64,000 bases of DNA from Phoronis australis. Taxonomy: Eukaryota > Animalia > Phoronida. Positions 12,101 to 26,481 of the stretch are shown one piece after another; the first letter of the stretch is position 1, and the number at the start of each line of letters is the position of its first letter. A model generated the notes under the pieces. It ran no database searches and had not been told where the DNA came from. It worked only from the letters and a program-made list of their open reading frames with translations. The stretch covers positions 1 through 64,000 of the forward strand of contig NMRA01000743.1 of NCBI GenBank assembly GCA_002633005.1, written 5' to 3'. A program made the translations under genes and the position numbers.

Positions 12101-13949
12101 ATGCAAATTGGCCATCATTGTTCAAAGCCAGACTTGTTTAGCAAAGTGGTTTTCCAAGCCAAACATTACAATCATTGTTTTTGAGTTGCCTGATTTAATG
12201 CTATGCAGTAAACAGTACTTCAACTGGTCTTCTGCCGGTGCAACATACTCAAGAATTTGATGAGTATTGATTTCATGTTGTGGTTAGTTAGGACACATAT
12301 GAAAAGTGTCCAACTTCGGAATGTGGGAATGTCATATATCAGTAAAGACTGATCAGACTCATTTGAAACTTTCAGATAAGATGCCTAATGCACAGTTCAC
12401 CACTTAGTATTTGCAAAATGTCCCACTTTTGCAGGAGAGCTATAAAACAAAGATGAAGTCATAATTTATCAATTAAATTGCGACATCGTTTTTGAAGTTT
12501 TGTCTTGAACATTGCTATCAAACAAAATTTACCTGTGTTCTTGATACCATTGTTTCCTACGAATGTGTACATTTATTTTTTGCTAAATTTCACAGAAAAT
12601 CATGGTCACGTGACCCAATTAATGGTAGAGTGGTACAATGTGAAAAATTAAATTTTGCAGGCTTTCAACTTTTGGAATATATCTATGTGCTTTAACTGAG
12701 TTAAAGTCTGTAGTTTTGTGGTTATTTGCCTAAATTTAATAACATAAACTTTATGATAAGGCCCAACATGACCTTAAAGGGAATTCTCAGCTGAGCTAGT
12801 GTCCTGTTTTAACATGCACGCACCACTTGAAATTGAAGGTTATGGTGGAGTTAAAACCTCAAAGTGCTGGAAATTCAAATTCACTGATTCTGCGCAAGTT
12901 ATGCTTTAACTGTTGATGTACGGATAGAAGTTGATTTCAAGAATGCCCTCGAAAAGGCACATTACCCATCCTGCACACTTCTCATAAATCTTGAGCCACC
13001 AATAGGTTCAACACTGAGGATACATCAGAGTGCAATTTGGGGGATTTCATCTACAGCGCTGCCGCATTGTTTTTCACATGCATCATCCTGCAGTTTTTGG
13101 CACTGACATTGCAGAGAGCCGTCTGATTCGTAATCTGCATTTTAGTGGTGAGATTAGATCTCAGTGTGGTTGGATATGTCACATGCTTTGCCAATCTTTC
13201 GTGTACAAGACTCATCAGGACCCCTTCATTTTTTCATTTCAATTTGGATGTTCTAGTTGTGAGTTCATGTGACTTTCCTTTGTTAGATGACTAGCTTATG
13301 TTATGTTGTTGACTTGTCACCAAGCTATCTCTGATGTTACCCAATGTTTACAGCTTACAACCTTCCCACAATGCATTTGGAAAGTGTCAACAGTGCTGTA
13401 GGTAAAACCCCTCAAAATGACTGTGATGCAGTCTTAGTGGTTTCAGGAACTATAAACCTTTAGTGAAAAATATGCTCAGTGACAGACACTTGCGCTGTAA
13501 TTTCAAAATTTCAAAATTTTGATGAGCTTGGGAGATTCCACTGTCCAGCGAGTCAAAATGCTTGCTCCTTAGAGACTGTCTCTCAGGGCTGACGAAATAG
13601 TGTTGAATGGTTGTTTTGGCAGTTCACTTGCTGTAGAGAGGTAATGTAGCCTTCAGTATTTAGGAAGATAACAGGTTTGTCTGGAATTTAAATCAGGATG
13701 TTTACACAATGAACTCCAGAGGCCAAGGGTTGCAAATCCAAGCTAAATCCAGATATCTAGTCCATTGCTGAGTTTAGTCTTTTGTTGGGCATCAGGACTA
13801 AAAGGCCATGAATTATCTATAATGGTTGCATCAGTTACTGTAACCATTTGTAACTAACCCACACCAGAGAACCCAAACCTTTAGCATCTATTTTGACTAA
13901 TTTCTATTGTATGTCTTTTGGTCAAATTATTCTAACCTTACTGATCACG

Positions 13950-14270
13950 AGGAATTCAATTTCAGAAGCCAAACAGTTCGAAAAGTCAGCAATTTTTAAG
14001 TACACGATATACCAATTTATTTAAACCAGTGTTTTTGATTGCTGCAAAGTCAGGATTGATCAATTTATTTTAGCTAGACGCTAGTGTTTTATTGCTGTGA
14101 AGTCATCGCTAATGCAATGATTGCTCTGCTCCACACGGAAAAACTTAAGATTAGCATTCTAGATGAAACAGGGTTGTTGATGACAGTGGTTCTTGTACAA
14201 ATCTGTAGAGGAAGTTGATGCTGTGAAATGAGTTTCTTACGAGTTACATGTTGACAGTTATCTTAATGTT
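13950..14270. repeat. Unclassified dispersed repeat, second copy ~43150-43450
   Basis: Shared blocks TTTTATTGCTGTG..., CTCTGCTCCA, AGCATTC and GGTTCTTGTACAAATCT in the same order in both copies. Confidence 0.65.
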
Positions 14271-15079
14271 ATGAGTAGCAGTGTTGTCTGATCAGCAAAA
14301 CTAGAGAATTTTAAAAAGTGTTTTCTTTAAGGAGAATAATTTAGCATGTAAGGCTCATTTTTTGACTGAATGCCAATTTACCATTATTTTGTACTTCATA
14401 CCAATGAGTCATTGATTGGATCATGTAACAAAGGGAAGGGTACATGGACAGCAAAACACAGATATCTGTATGTAGCCTGGTCAGGTTTCTTTCAAGATAA
14501 ATATTTAAGATCAAAAGTTTTTAATTTTTGTGAAAGTCACTCTTCTTGATATGATCTTGAGCAAAACGACGCATCAGAGAATAGTTGTAAGTCAAAATAT
14601 TCGAAAGTTAAATTTCAGTCTCATGAGCAAAGTGACAAGATATAATGTTGCGAAAGAAGTTGTGAGATTATTCATAACCTGAAATTTCATGCAAATTTTT
14701 AGGGGAGTGGGGAGGTCTACTTCTTCGGGGGTGAGTAGCTACTTTAAAGTGGAAATTTGTTCTGCAAGTTTGGCATTAATACGGGACATTTTTAATATTG
14801 AAATGAATGCTTATTAACGTTAAGTATTGCTAGTTCTTTTTCTAGCACAGATATCTTAAACGTTGAGATTTTATTGGAGTACATAGAGTATTGATAGGGG
14901 TCGCTTTTAGATCCTTTTTGAGGCACGCTCCTCTTCCTGTCTTATCTGCAAGAACCATGTGGGCAAATTTTAAAAAAACACTCTAGACGCGCTCCCAAGT
15001 TGGAATGAACCCTTTTCATCCTAATCAGATTTTAAAGTGTGAATGAAAATATATAAGCTCATCTTCAACTTATTTTAAC

Positions 15080-16492
15080 TTAAAATAAGCGCACAGTCCA
15101 TGAACATGTACGTGCTAAAAATGCCTTACCTACAGTCCTAAAATTCTACTGTAACATTATCAATTTATCAATAATATCTGACAGTCCTGAAAAAAATCAT
15201 TGTGTGCAGAATTTGTAGACCACGAGACTTGCCGCTATGTGGGTATTTAGCCGTGACTACACTTCAAACTTCCGCCATGCCTCAAAACGAACACAAAAGT
15301 TTTGCTGGTCTTGCGAGGACCAATGGTCTGGCCTTTCAGAACAGACGTAGTGTAGCCTACTTGTCTACGGGATTGCTTTATAGATATTTCCCGTTTTCAA
15401 CAGGAATCCAAATTTCTTTGAACACGTGTAAACCTCGAATGGAATATTAATAAAAAAACTTGTCCAGTGTTAAAAGCACGTGGACAGGAAGTGCGCGCTA
15501 CATATATGAACCTGTCATCAAAGACATTAGTCGGGAACTACCATTCATGAAACGGGTAGCATAGCATCGGCAAGAAATGAATATTGGCACTAATTTCCGA
15601 CAGTTTCTAATACTATAACAAATTTTTGCATTATTTTTAAGATGAATTGTTTGATTAACCATAATTGGTGTATTTAAGCCAAATATCCGATAAAATGACC
15701 ACTGATAGTGAATGCTTACACACCCTTACACCGAAAAATAACTGTCACGTATGCATTCAGCCACACGGTGACTATTATGGGCCTTACCGAGACAAATGTC
15801 AAACGTTTTAAGCAAATGAGACCAGCAAGTGCTGAATGAAACACGCTCTGGTTTAGGCCTACTGCTTAGATACAATGCATATCTAGTAGCTCGTTAGATT
15901 GCGTGGCTCTGGCCAAAAGACCGTCTCTGCTCTGGCAAATGAACTCTGGTGACACGCACGAGCTCGCTTACTCAACGCAGATGAACTTCAAAACAAATGT
16001 CCAGACATTTTTCTCATGTTGCCGATCATGCATGTAGATGGCACGATGTAGCACAGATTTGTACTTAAACCTGCCGCTACATCCCGACTCCACAGGAACT
16101 TAACAATCTTAAGGGTGCTACCAATGGAAAACTTCAGGAGGATTTCAGGTAATTTGCTCGAGTCGAAACTGTATTTTTAATCAAGCATTCGAGTCGCCAT
16201 ATTGACGATTGCGAGGCAGTCAGTCGGCGAGTTTTCGCCCTGGGATTTCAGCACAATTTTCTGTAAAATGATGGTAATTTAGCAGCAAACTTTGATAGCA
16301 ATGCTTCACAATTTTGTAGTAAGTCTTCATAGATTACAGATATGTCACAGAGTGTAAATGTGATGAATCTTAGCTTCCGATTTCACCAGTTTCGGAGACC
16401 AGGTTTCAACGGTCTTGGGTTATAATAAGCGCCCCCACCCCCCTGAGACAAACTTTTCTAAATGCCTTAGGCGGTTATTACGACAAATACGG
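15080..16492 (-). mobile_element. HIRAN-like-ORF-carrying TA/CCGTA DNA element, copy A (left end lost)
   Basis: Right end ...TTATTACGACAAATACGG|TA. Minus strand 15450-15190 translates SIRGLHVFKEIWIPVE...NPVDK...LRHGGSLKC...SRGLQI with stops and frameshifts. Colinear with 31902-33268. Confidence 0.8.
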
Positions 16493-18659
16493 TAAGTGGA
16501 GTATTACCGTATTACAACTGTCTCTAGTGTCTATGCTTTGCAACTGTTTTTGTAATAAACATTGTGCCCTTGTAAATTGACTTAATCAGACAGTTAAGCT
16601 TTCTTGCTTGGGCCTATCAACTTGCTTTACAGACCTAATCTATTTCACAAAAAGTTGATCCCCATGTTTAGGGTGTTTTTCCGGAACACCCATGTCTTTT
16701 TGATGATATCTAACTGTCAAAGCGAAGCAATGCTTTTTTAGGCAATGGATCAAAGAAAGTCTCCTTTCGCGAGGAATTTATATGGAAAAGACAATCTTTC
16801 ATGGGGATGTACACTTCATTTGTGAGAGTCAATCCCCAGGTGTAGACAGTATGACTCTGGGCTGAAGAGGGTTAGTCATCCCAGAGGGCCGACATATTCC
16901 CACATTTTTTTTGCCAAATTATGCTTCATACTAATGATGTTGCTATAAATACATTTTGAGCAGAGATGGACACCTTAGAAGATCACTGTTGTCCTCAACT
17001 CTTCCAACCTCGAATCTCACAATCAACCTTTGTCTTCTTCATTCCATTAACAAAATTAAGGACTGAACATCATTACTGTACAGTAAATGTGCTTGGTAAA
17101 GAATTACTGCACTGCACATGTCTTTGGCCAATTAAGGATATGGGGACCTTACTTCTAAATTTTAAAGTTTTTTGTAATATTGATTACCTGTGCGGATGAG
17201 TCTTTTATCTTCATTTCTAGTTAACTTTAAAAATGACATCTTGCATGTTTTTTAGTAGGAGAAAACGTTTTCCCAGACTTACCACAACAGTGTGGATTTT
17301 TTTTAATACTAATCAAAGTTCAAAGGTTACAGAGCTGTCACTCAAATCGAACCTCCCACTAGTCATAAAGCACTTTTGTATGTACACACACTCAGGTTAT
17401 TTTAACCAAAACCAAGTTTTCATTGAATAATTAGGTGAAAACCGTCAGATTTTCAAAATTTGCGATGTCTTCAGCTTTTTCTCGACTTCAGCAAATCAAC
17501 TTGAGCTAAATTTAGTAATACGAGTTCTCGAAAATGGCTTGATGGATTTCACGAAACTTTTCAGTTTTATTCTATATTTCTCAATCTCAAAAATGCTGTT
17601 AGGATATTTTTTAAGTCCTAGTTTTATTGTACGGTGCCACCCACGAATTTGACCACTGTTTTTAACAAAAATGCCTTACGTTTTTAGAGTTAATATGGCA
17701 TAGAAACCAAACTGAAATGAGCAGTCAAAAGTTCCTGCCAGTGTTTTTTTAGAGATATTGGCAAGTTTTCATTTAAAGTATCAACTAAAGGGTATTTGTG
17801 TTGTGAATGAACCTTTGTTAAAAATGAAAATTTGACTTAAAAGGGGTGCACATAAATGTAAAGTGTATATTTATAATTCCTGAACTTTCTTCTTTCAGAA
17901 AATAATCATATACTTTTACTGGTTCACACAGCCTAGTTTTTTCTGGTAATTGAATTTGAAATAACGTTTCTCAATACGGTCCAACCATAACCTTTAACGC
18001 CCACCACCAACATGTACTCAGATATGACTTTTTAATTCCTCTGGGTCCAATTTTCTTAAGAGACGACACATATTACGTCAACTGGCAAAAACCAAAGGAA
18101 CAGCAACTTCATTCAAATACATACATTCAGTAGCAAGTACAGTAAAGTATCTGCTTTCTGCAAAACCAGCATGTTTGCAAACGTTTCTGCTTGAAATTCC
18201 CCAAAAGTTCACACAAGAATTGAAACTTGGATTTTTAATCAGCATTTTGCTCCCTGTTGCCTATAAAAATATTTTGCTTAGCAAAGGATTATATTAACAG
18301 CTTCCAATCTACCAGCTTAAGGTCTACAAAAAAGGCAGTAGACATGCTCAGCTGCAGAGGGACATTAATTACACTCTGCTTTTTCATTAATGATTCTGAA
18401 CAATACCAAAAATCTTCAACAAATTAACATTCCCAATACCCGTCTGAGAACTTGACCTCAAAAAGCTTGAGCTCCCAAAACAGACACAATCTACTTAACT
18501 GTACCCAGCAAAGGGTTACATTTTCCACTGCTTAATTCAGTGAAAGTTTATTTAAGTGCATGCACATCAATGGAAACGTAACCCTCCTCCTTTTCACCAA
18601 TTTCTTCAAGATGCCTGAACAGCATAATGCCTACTCATTGAAGTTTTACTAGTTTCTCA

Positions 18660-18930
18660 GTTCAAATATCGTGGGCTAATACAGTACGGTAACAATTACG
18701 GTAAAATCTCACCACTTTAGGACAACTGTAAGTTCTTTTTTTTCGTAAAACTGAGTGAAGTAGCACCAAATAATCCTTCATCATCATCAAGTGTTGTATC
18801 AAAGCTTGCACGAGAACAATGTTTTTAGAATTGTCGACGTTCACAACAATATTTGAAGCCTTTAAAAAATTAACACTGGTCAATTTTGGCAATTACTTTT
18901 GTACGAATTGGTGAAATTTTCCATACTCAC
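18660..18930. repeat. Unclassified dispersed repeat (related segments ~20310-20580 and, inverted, ~62660-62900)
   Basis: Shared CGGTAAAATCTCACCACT and TTCACAACA...GCCTT...AAAA blocks. Confidence 0.55.
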
Positions 18931-20629
18931 AGCAGACATATTGAAATTAAAACAATAATTACCTTATTCTTTGTGAACAAAGAAACGGGATACTCAGTCG
19001 ATCGTTGTGCCTGTGTGTGTGTCTCAGCAAAGTCAGTGGAAAGTAGGTAACAAACAGTTAGTTAACTTTTGTTAGGAAAATTGCTTCATATCGGAATTAA
19101 AAAAAAATGAGATGCAATATGACCATCCAGCTGTGTTGTCAAAACATCCATGTTTCAATCCCCACTTTACTGCATCGCGTCCAATGATTAGGTCATCGAC
19201 ATTGTTCTGTCCACACAACCTTCTGTTGGTGACGGTGACTGTGGAATAAGCTTGCTTACCTGGTTAATCAGCTTCTTTCACTGATTGAGTCAAAAGAACT
19301 GAACACTAGCTCTACCTTGTGGCACTATCTAAAACTACTGACTGATGGTGCTTTTGTGTAAGAAGTATGTTCAACATAGGTCTGGATACCGGTTTCTTCT
19401 GTGACGTATTCGTGGCATTAACAAATAAAGTGGAATTAGTTTTAAAAATAGATTTCATTAATATGAGCTATTCCTTTGGTCCTATTGATACTTGGAAAAG
19501 ATAAAGCCTTAAAATTTGTTTTTAATGAGTCTTCATACTTTTCATAATCAAGAATGGAAATTTTAATCGTACTTCTTCTCATTAATGTTCACTGGTAACC
19601 ATTAGGCTGACAGTAGTAAGTTAATTGAGTGCTTTGAAGTTCTGGTTTAAGGATAATTGTGTAGCATCAACTCACCACCTTACTGCTGCGGTCTTGTGTG
19701 GGAGTCCAGTAATAATTCTTCGTTTTGGGATATGATGGACAAGTGGAAATCTTTTGTCAGTATGACGTGAATCAGGTGTTACCATGTCACTAAAAGTATT
19801 TGAGCATTTGTAGCTATGTAATTAAGTTTTGAAAATTTGAAAAATGTTAATTTAGCAATTAATTTCAAAATTGAAGGATTTTCCCCTTAAGTTGTGTGGC
19901 TTGTATTTGTTTCATTCTGTGGTTCAAAAATTCCAAAAAGTAAAATTTCTTTCAATTCAGTGAAACTTGGGGTATTTTATGTAATATCGACATGTCGGAA
20001 TTATTAATTATTCAAATTATCTCAAGTTGTGAAATGTCCCATTTTGTTTCGTCTCAAGGAATGGATCAGTTTTCGAGCAAAAGTACTCTCCGAATCTTGT
20101 CTATTCCAGTCTTTTGTCTAACATTTCAAACACACGAGCTGCTTTTGCGATAAAGTTTGTCGGAACTTAAGTTTGCGGTTGGAACATGTTTTGGATTGGC
20201 ATGCCATGACCCACCATTGTGAACTGCTGCCTTTCCCACTAAGGGTGTTGTTGTAACTCAATGATGGAATGATGTGCACATAAGACGCGTTTCCTCGTCC
20301 ATTAGTGCAGACTCAACTCTCGGTAAAATCTCACCACTATGGCGGACAAGTCAAATTTTATTTTCCATTTTTTCCATGAACATATGTAACACGATAAATA
20401 ATGCTTTGTCATGTTAAAGTTTTGTATCAGAGGTACAGGTAATATTTCTGAAAAGTTTGGGGCATTCACAACAAAGTTGGAGACCTTGGAAATAAAAAAG
20501 GCAAATTTGGCTAATGTGTTTCTTAGAAATTGATGAGATTTTTCTGCAAATGTAGTCAATTTGCTTATCCAATTTATTTTTTGGGAATGAATTTGAATGA
20601 AACAGCCTTAAATGCTCAAGCTTCATTAA

Positions 20630-22392
20630 AGTCCTTCTCTCACGCGTTAACCCTTATTACATGGTTAGAGGATGTTATAAGGATTCAAGAATTACTTACC
20701 CCATAACTAATACACAGTCCGTACTCGAAAAAAGTTTAAATGAACGCGCCACTCACGATTCGCACCCGAAGAACCACCGCCATTTTGAACTTGCCGCGAA
20801 CCCGGAAGTACAATTCATTCAGGAACCCAGGCTGAGAAAACGCCGTCAGTACGACTGGAGCAGTGCCTGCACTGTTACCAGCCAGCAAACGGGAATAAAA
20901 TAATCGACAGAGCGCCTTAATTTTAATAAAATCAAACTACGGAAATTTTATCGAATTTACTGAAGAAATGTGGCGAATAAATTTTTGACAGAAATTATTT
21001 TGCCAGACTCGGGACCGCAGCCTATCGGACTCGGTGCTGATCGAGACCAGACACTGGCGAACGGTAAATGCATGCGGTTGCAAGCTGTTTTGTCGAAGTA
21101 AAATGGTCAAATGATAAATGCTGCATATATTCAAGGGTAGTATCAGACACTTGCATGAAATTACGGGCTGGTTAGTCTTGTGTCACACTGCCGTGGCAGA
21201 CCTTAGTTACCCTCAGTCACCAGCTACCAGTGAAGACTATTGTCAAAATACAGCTTGTTAGTAGGCCTATACAGCTTTGCGCCAAGGCTACCCTTAGGAC
21301 TAACTGGTCGCTGTCCACAGCGCTCGCTCAAACGAGGTATATTTAGAACTTGGGTACTTCTGGCGAAGTGTGCAAAGTTGTTGGCTCCCAATAGAGATTT
21401 TCCCAGACTTTGTATGAGCACCAAGCACAAAAAACACGAAAATTGAACAAAGTTTCTTTTTTGTAGCAACGTTTGTCAAAATGTATCAACTTTAAATCTT
21501 CACAAATTACAAAGTAGCCCATTGAACATGCCTTTCTGTTCAGCAAAAGTCGCCATGTTGTCGGTGCCGCCAGAAATGAGACGAAGTCCAACGGGAATTG
21601 TGAGCACATTTATCACTTAATGAGTAACAACTGCGAGGCTGAATGGTGAACACTGTTAAATCGTGCAGAATAGTAAGTAAAGATATGTCTAACTAAATTT
21701 CACTGTAATTTGTTGGCGCAAACAATTTACACAAAAGTTTTAAACTCGTAACTTATCCCGCTGTCCTCCAATATGGCCGACGCGATCCAAACTAAGTGAC
21801 CCAAATTTCGCCACAAAACTTGCAATAACTTTACACTGCTTGCCCCGATTTTGATACTTTTTCGATTTTTACTGAGTAGAATCTTTCCGATGATAGCAAA
21901 GTACTTTTTCAAAACGAGAAAAAAATAAATAAAACCGAAAAAACGACCCATATTGGTTCCTAGGTTCGACCGGCCTACATAAGGAACTAAACACCAATGC
22001 TATTTTAACATACTAAGTACGCGTAACATTCCAAAAAAATCAACGACCACTAACTACAAACTATAAATACACTACATATGCAAACGAATCACGAGATATT
22101 ACTAATAAAACAAAATGAAGAGTTTTAGAGCAAGCCATAGCACATTCAGTTACAAGGAAAAAATGGCGGCGTTCAGGACAAGTTCCTGAGCTGATGAGCC
22201 GGAAATGTGGGTACGGAAATAACCGATGACAGCCGGTAATTATACGCTAACAGAGAAGGGTCAAATACTGTTAAAAAATCGCTTTTGGCAAGAAAGGCGA
22301 AAAGAATATAAAGAAAGGGTGTCGAAAACAAGATTTTATGCAGTAAGTATTTTCGGATACTGGAACCACATGGGCAGTTTGAGAGAAGGACT
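20630..22392. mobile_element. Non-autonomous Kolobok-type DNA transposon
   Basis: TTAA|AGTCCTTCTCTC ... GAGAGAAGGACT|TTAA: perfect 12-bp TIR, RR/YY termini and TTAA duplication. Confidence 0.85.
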
Positions 22393-24065
22393 TTAAGTTA
22401 CCACAAACTCACAATGTTATCTTACTTTATCCTGTGAGTTGTCCATATCAGACTGAAATTGTCAACAAAGTACAAACTTCTTGAGAGCATGCACAGTTTT
22501 GGTCTGCATCAGTCCATACATGGCAGACATATTTTTATCGTAACAAGGAGGTGCTTATTACCAGCCCATTACAGAATGTACCAGTTTCATCTTACAAAAT
22601 AAAATGTTGTTGAATTTTAACGTGATTCATGCCATGAGTAGTATTCTGTTACTTATTTTCAAGCCCAATCTTGATATGGAACAACTTGAGTCTGATTTTT
22701 AATAGTGTCCTGAATCAGAAACAAATTTTGACAGAATTAGTTAATTAAGTAGGTATTTAACACATTTTTAGATATTCAAAATATACACTGCAATTGGTAT
22801 TTTTATTGTTCTGTTGATAAGGACAGCTGGGACATTGTTACCATATTTTCCACAACAGAAATTCTATGGGTTGCTGGAAAGATGGCATTTGTTTTTTAAA
22901 CAGGCCACAGTGCTGCCAAGCATGTAGCATTGAAAGGTGTTGTTGAAGATTGCACTGTCATGAAATATTTTTACAAAAACATTCTTGTACTTGCTGAAAC
23001 ATGCCCTGGCCAAATTGGGGCTAGTCATAACACGAAGGTTTATTTTCCTTTCAAAATTGATTACCTATACTCATCAACAAGTTGATTTTTCAAATGTTGC
23101 CAAGAGCAACAGTGACACTGGACTGGAAGAGTACATTTCCTTGTTTAAATGTCACAAGTGTAACCCCAAGTTCCTGGAGGTCACCTGGTCTTTTACTAAT
23201 GTTTTATCCTGGGGTCCTGGGAATTTTTTGTGTTCCCTTCAATTTCAGAATTTACTGTGGAACTTTTTACGAATTTTGTGGATGTGGTTATAAAACCATA
23301 CTATCCAATTGAAATGAAGTAAATTTTTAGACATTTCTGTACCCAGTTACATGAAACAGAAACTCTAATGGCATAAAGAAAGGACAATCGGTATTTTCAC
23401 AAGCCCCCAAATGCACAGTATATGTTACTGAGTCAGTAGTTGGCTTTGATACAAATTGAGAGTGAACTCTACTTTGAACTCTCAATATTATTGAAAATAT
23501 GTAGGGATCTTTTCATGCAACCCCCGTTATTTAAGGAGTAAGTGCCTAATTATTTTCATTCAATTAAGGGCTCAGTTCCAAGTTGTATTATTAGAAAATG
23601 TCATTAGTCAAAGAGGAGCTCATAATAAAGACAAGGTGATGGAAATTAAAATGTAACATCTGTGAGTAAGGAATGAATCAAATAGGCAAAAGATTTAGGG
23701 AACTTAGTTGAGTCCCTATTTGGGACTGTTTCATGCAACCAGGTTCTGGTCCCTTAATGTTGTTTTAATGTTGTGTTGTGTGGTGTTGATTTTTTGTCAG
23801 TGTTAAAGTTGCACGTGCTGCTTTTTTATTCCAGTGTATTTCAAATTTTGGAATCAGAAATGAATGATTAATAAGAATTCCCACTCAATCCCATGAATTA
23901 CCAACAAACATCATATGTTATGATTTTTATCATGTCAAAGCGTCTATGGGAATTACACCTGCAATGTTTAATGCTATCTTTTCAGACAGATATAATGTGA
24001 GCAATTTTGAGGATTATGCAAATTTCCATCTTGCTCTGTCAATTGTTTCTTCTAACAAAAGCTTG

Positions 24066-26258
24066 CTGGTTAATGCCCTTGGTGTTTAAATTGAGAAACC
24101 CTAAGATGGGATGGGCGATTACCTGAGCAGTAGGCGCTTAAAACGAAAACTGGCAAAAGTCGGAGGTAGGCGATCTTGAGCAGTGACCTGCTTACCTCAA
24201 AAGTTTGGCCAAACTGGGCAAGTGCACGGGGTGTTTGTTTGATCTCAGAATTTGGAGATTCGGGCAATTATGGGAGCGCGACAACCACAAATTTTCTCAC
24301 GGCTCGAACAGAAACACGAGGATTTCGACTTTGAAAAGGTGATTTAATGAGACCATTGTTAAAAACTCAAATGTTTTCAAATATATTAGTGCCCTGCAAA
24401 ATATATTGCAAAACTCGAATGGCAGTCCACTTACTGTATCAATAATGACCGTTTCATATCATTGAACGTGACTACACTTCGTTTCCTCAATTAAAAACAC
24501 AATTGGATTCATTCTTGGTCCAACCCAAACTTAGCAATTGCAACGAGAGGGGTGTGTGATTAATTGCTTAATTCAAATCTGCGTTGACCTGGGAGATAAA
24601 TGTAGCAAAATCACATGCGCCCGTGCCTGCAATTTGTAGGTGAAAACTTCACAGTCTGATCTAGATTTTTAATTCCCACCACGGGTTTACCGTCATCACC
24701 AAAAGTCCATTGGGGGGGGTGTTGGGCGGAGTAAAAAATTAAATTACTGGTCCACAGTTGCCACCAAGTTAGCGCGGTAAGAAGGCATTCCTGAGCGTTG
24801 CCATGGTTTTTTGCTCCTACAGATTTTTGACAATTCTCTTTCACAAACAGCTGGAATACCGGGACAGTGGTAATAAAATGCTGAAAGTGGGAATTGTTTT
24901 ATTTCAAAATCAGAGCCACAGATCGCCAACTTAATTTGCAAGTTTAAAGAAACTCGCCTTGGGATGCATGTTTGAAGTATCGTGGTTCCGGGGATGGAAG
25001 GGCATTCATTCGGTTGGCAATGGATATCAATTTATGCACCTGAAAGACCCCCGTGTGTTCTGTGTGCTCGTTGCCAAAAATTGTTACAAGAGGCCATCCA
25101 CTTTTAACCTCTGAACGATGACTAATCTTGTTGTAGAAAAGTGCCAGTTCTACAGAAATATATGGTGTAGGCCTGTATTAATTTAACAAAAAACCAGTCG
25201 ATAAAATTAAGAAGAGGTAGTTGCAGGGGTTAAGTGATTCCACAAATTCCGGATAAAAATGCAACTTTTCGAGACTATCGTGCGTAGGTATAAGGACATC
25301 ATGTTTCCTACAAACATGGACACCCGAGCCTGAGGCAAAGCTGCTAACACAAGCACGAGTTCAAGGTCTTGTTCTGTTAGTGATAAGTTGGAGATGGCCA
25401 ATTACCTGAGAAGCTGAAATTTGCACAAAGTGGGGGATGGGCGATTACCTGAACAGCGGGCGCTTACAACAAAATTTGACAATAGTCAGGGATGGGCGAT
25501 TGCCTGGGCGTGGGCGTTTATCCCCCCGGGTTTAGAGTAATTAAGAGACATTCCATATTCAAATCTCAGGCGATTTGTAAAACCACAATGCATCTTTGCT
25601 TGACCCAATTTCTAATTCTGGTGTGTAAGAGGACCTAGTTGACAAGGATGAAATAACATTTCTTTCATCCATGGACATTTTGAAAGTTAACATTGTNTAT
25701 CGTGGTTCCAGGGATGGAAGGGCATTCATTCGGTTGGCAATAGATATCAATTTATGCACCTGAAAGACCCCCGTGTGTTCTGTGTGCTCGTTGCCAAAAA
25801 TTGTTACAAGAGGCCATCCACATTTAACCTCTGAACGATGACTAATCTTGTAGAAAAGTGCCAGTTCTACAAAAATATATGGTTTAGGCCTGTATTAATT
25901 TAACAAAAAACCAGTTGATAAAATTAAGAAGAGGTAGTTGCAGGGGTTAAGTGATTCCACAAATTCCGGATAAAAATGCAACTTTTCGAGACTATCGTAC
26001 GTAGGTATAAGGACATCATGTTTCTTACAAACATGGACACCCGAGCCTGAGGCAAAGCTGGTAACACAAGCACGAGTTCAAGGTCTTGTTCTGTTAGTGA
26101 TAAGTTGGAGATGGCCAATTACCTGAGAAGCTGAAATTTGCACAAAGTGGGGGATGGGCGATTACCTGAACAGCGGGCGCTTACAACAAAATTTGACAAT
26201 AGTCAGGGATGGGCGATTGCCTGGGCGTGGGCGTTTATCCCCCCTGGGTTTAGAGTAA
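24066..26258. mobile_element. Degenerate non-autonomous DNA transposon with GGGCG(A/C)TTA subterminal repeats, related in design to 1920-3240
   Basis: Repeated GGGATGGGCGATTACCTGA / GGGCGCTTA motifs at both ends. The right end is duplicated across the N at 25697. Termini eroded. Confidence 0.55.
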
Positions 26259-26414
26259 TTAAGAGACATTCCATATTCAAATCTCAGGCGATTTTTAAAA
26301 CCACAATGCATCTTTGCTTGACCCAATTTCTAATTCTGGTGTGTAAGAGGACCTAGTTGACAAGGATGAAATAACATTTCTTTCATCCATGGACATTTTG
26401 AAAGTTAACATTGT
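24978..26414. repeat. ~717-bp direct duplication around N25697 (probable assembly artefact)
   Basis: 24978-25696 and 25698-26414 are nearly identical and separated by a single N. Confidence 0.85.
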
Positions 26415-26481
26415 ACTCCAGAGCACCACAGTGGCAATTTGACGGCAGAATGCAGAACTTTATTTTTTTCAGTCAGTTTAA

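Noticed and set aside
20780-21100. KolX-like remnant inside the Kolobok element
   Set aside because: Only faint hints (VQFIQEP, RLG). The diagnostic cysteine cluster is not recoverable by eye.
24978-26414. ~717-bp tandem duplication
   Set aside because: Near-identical copies separated by exactly one N, cutting across element boundaries. This is typical of an unmerged contig or haplotype overlap.
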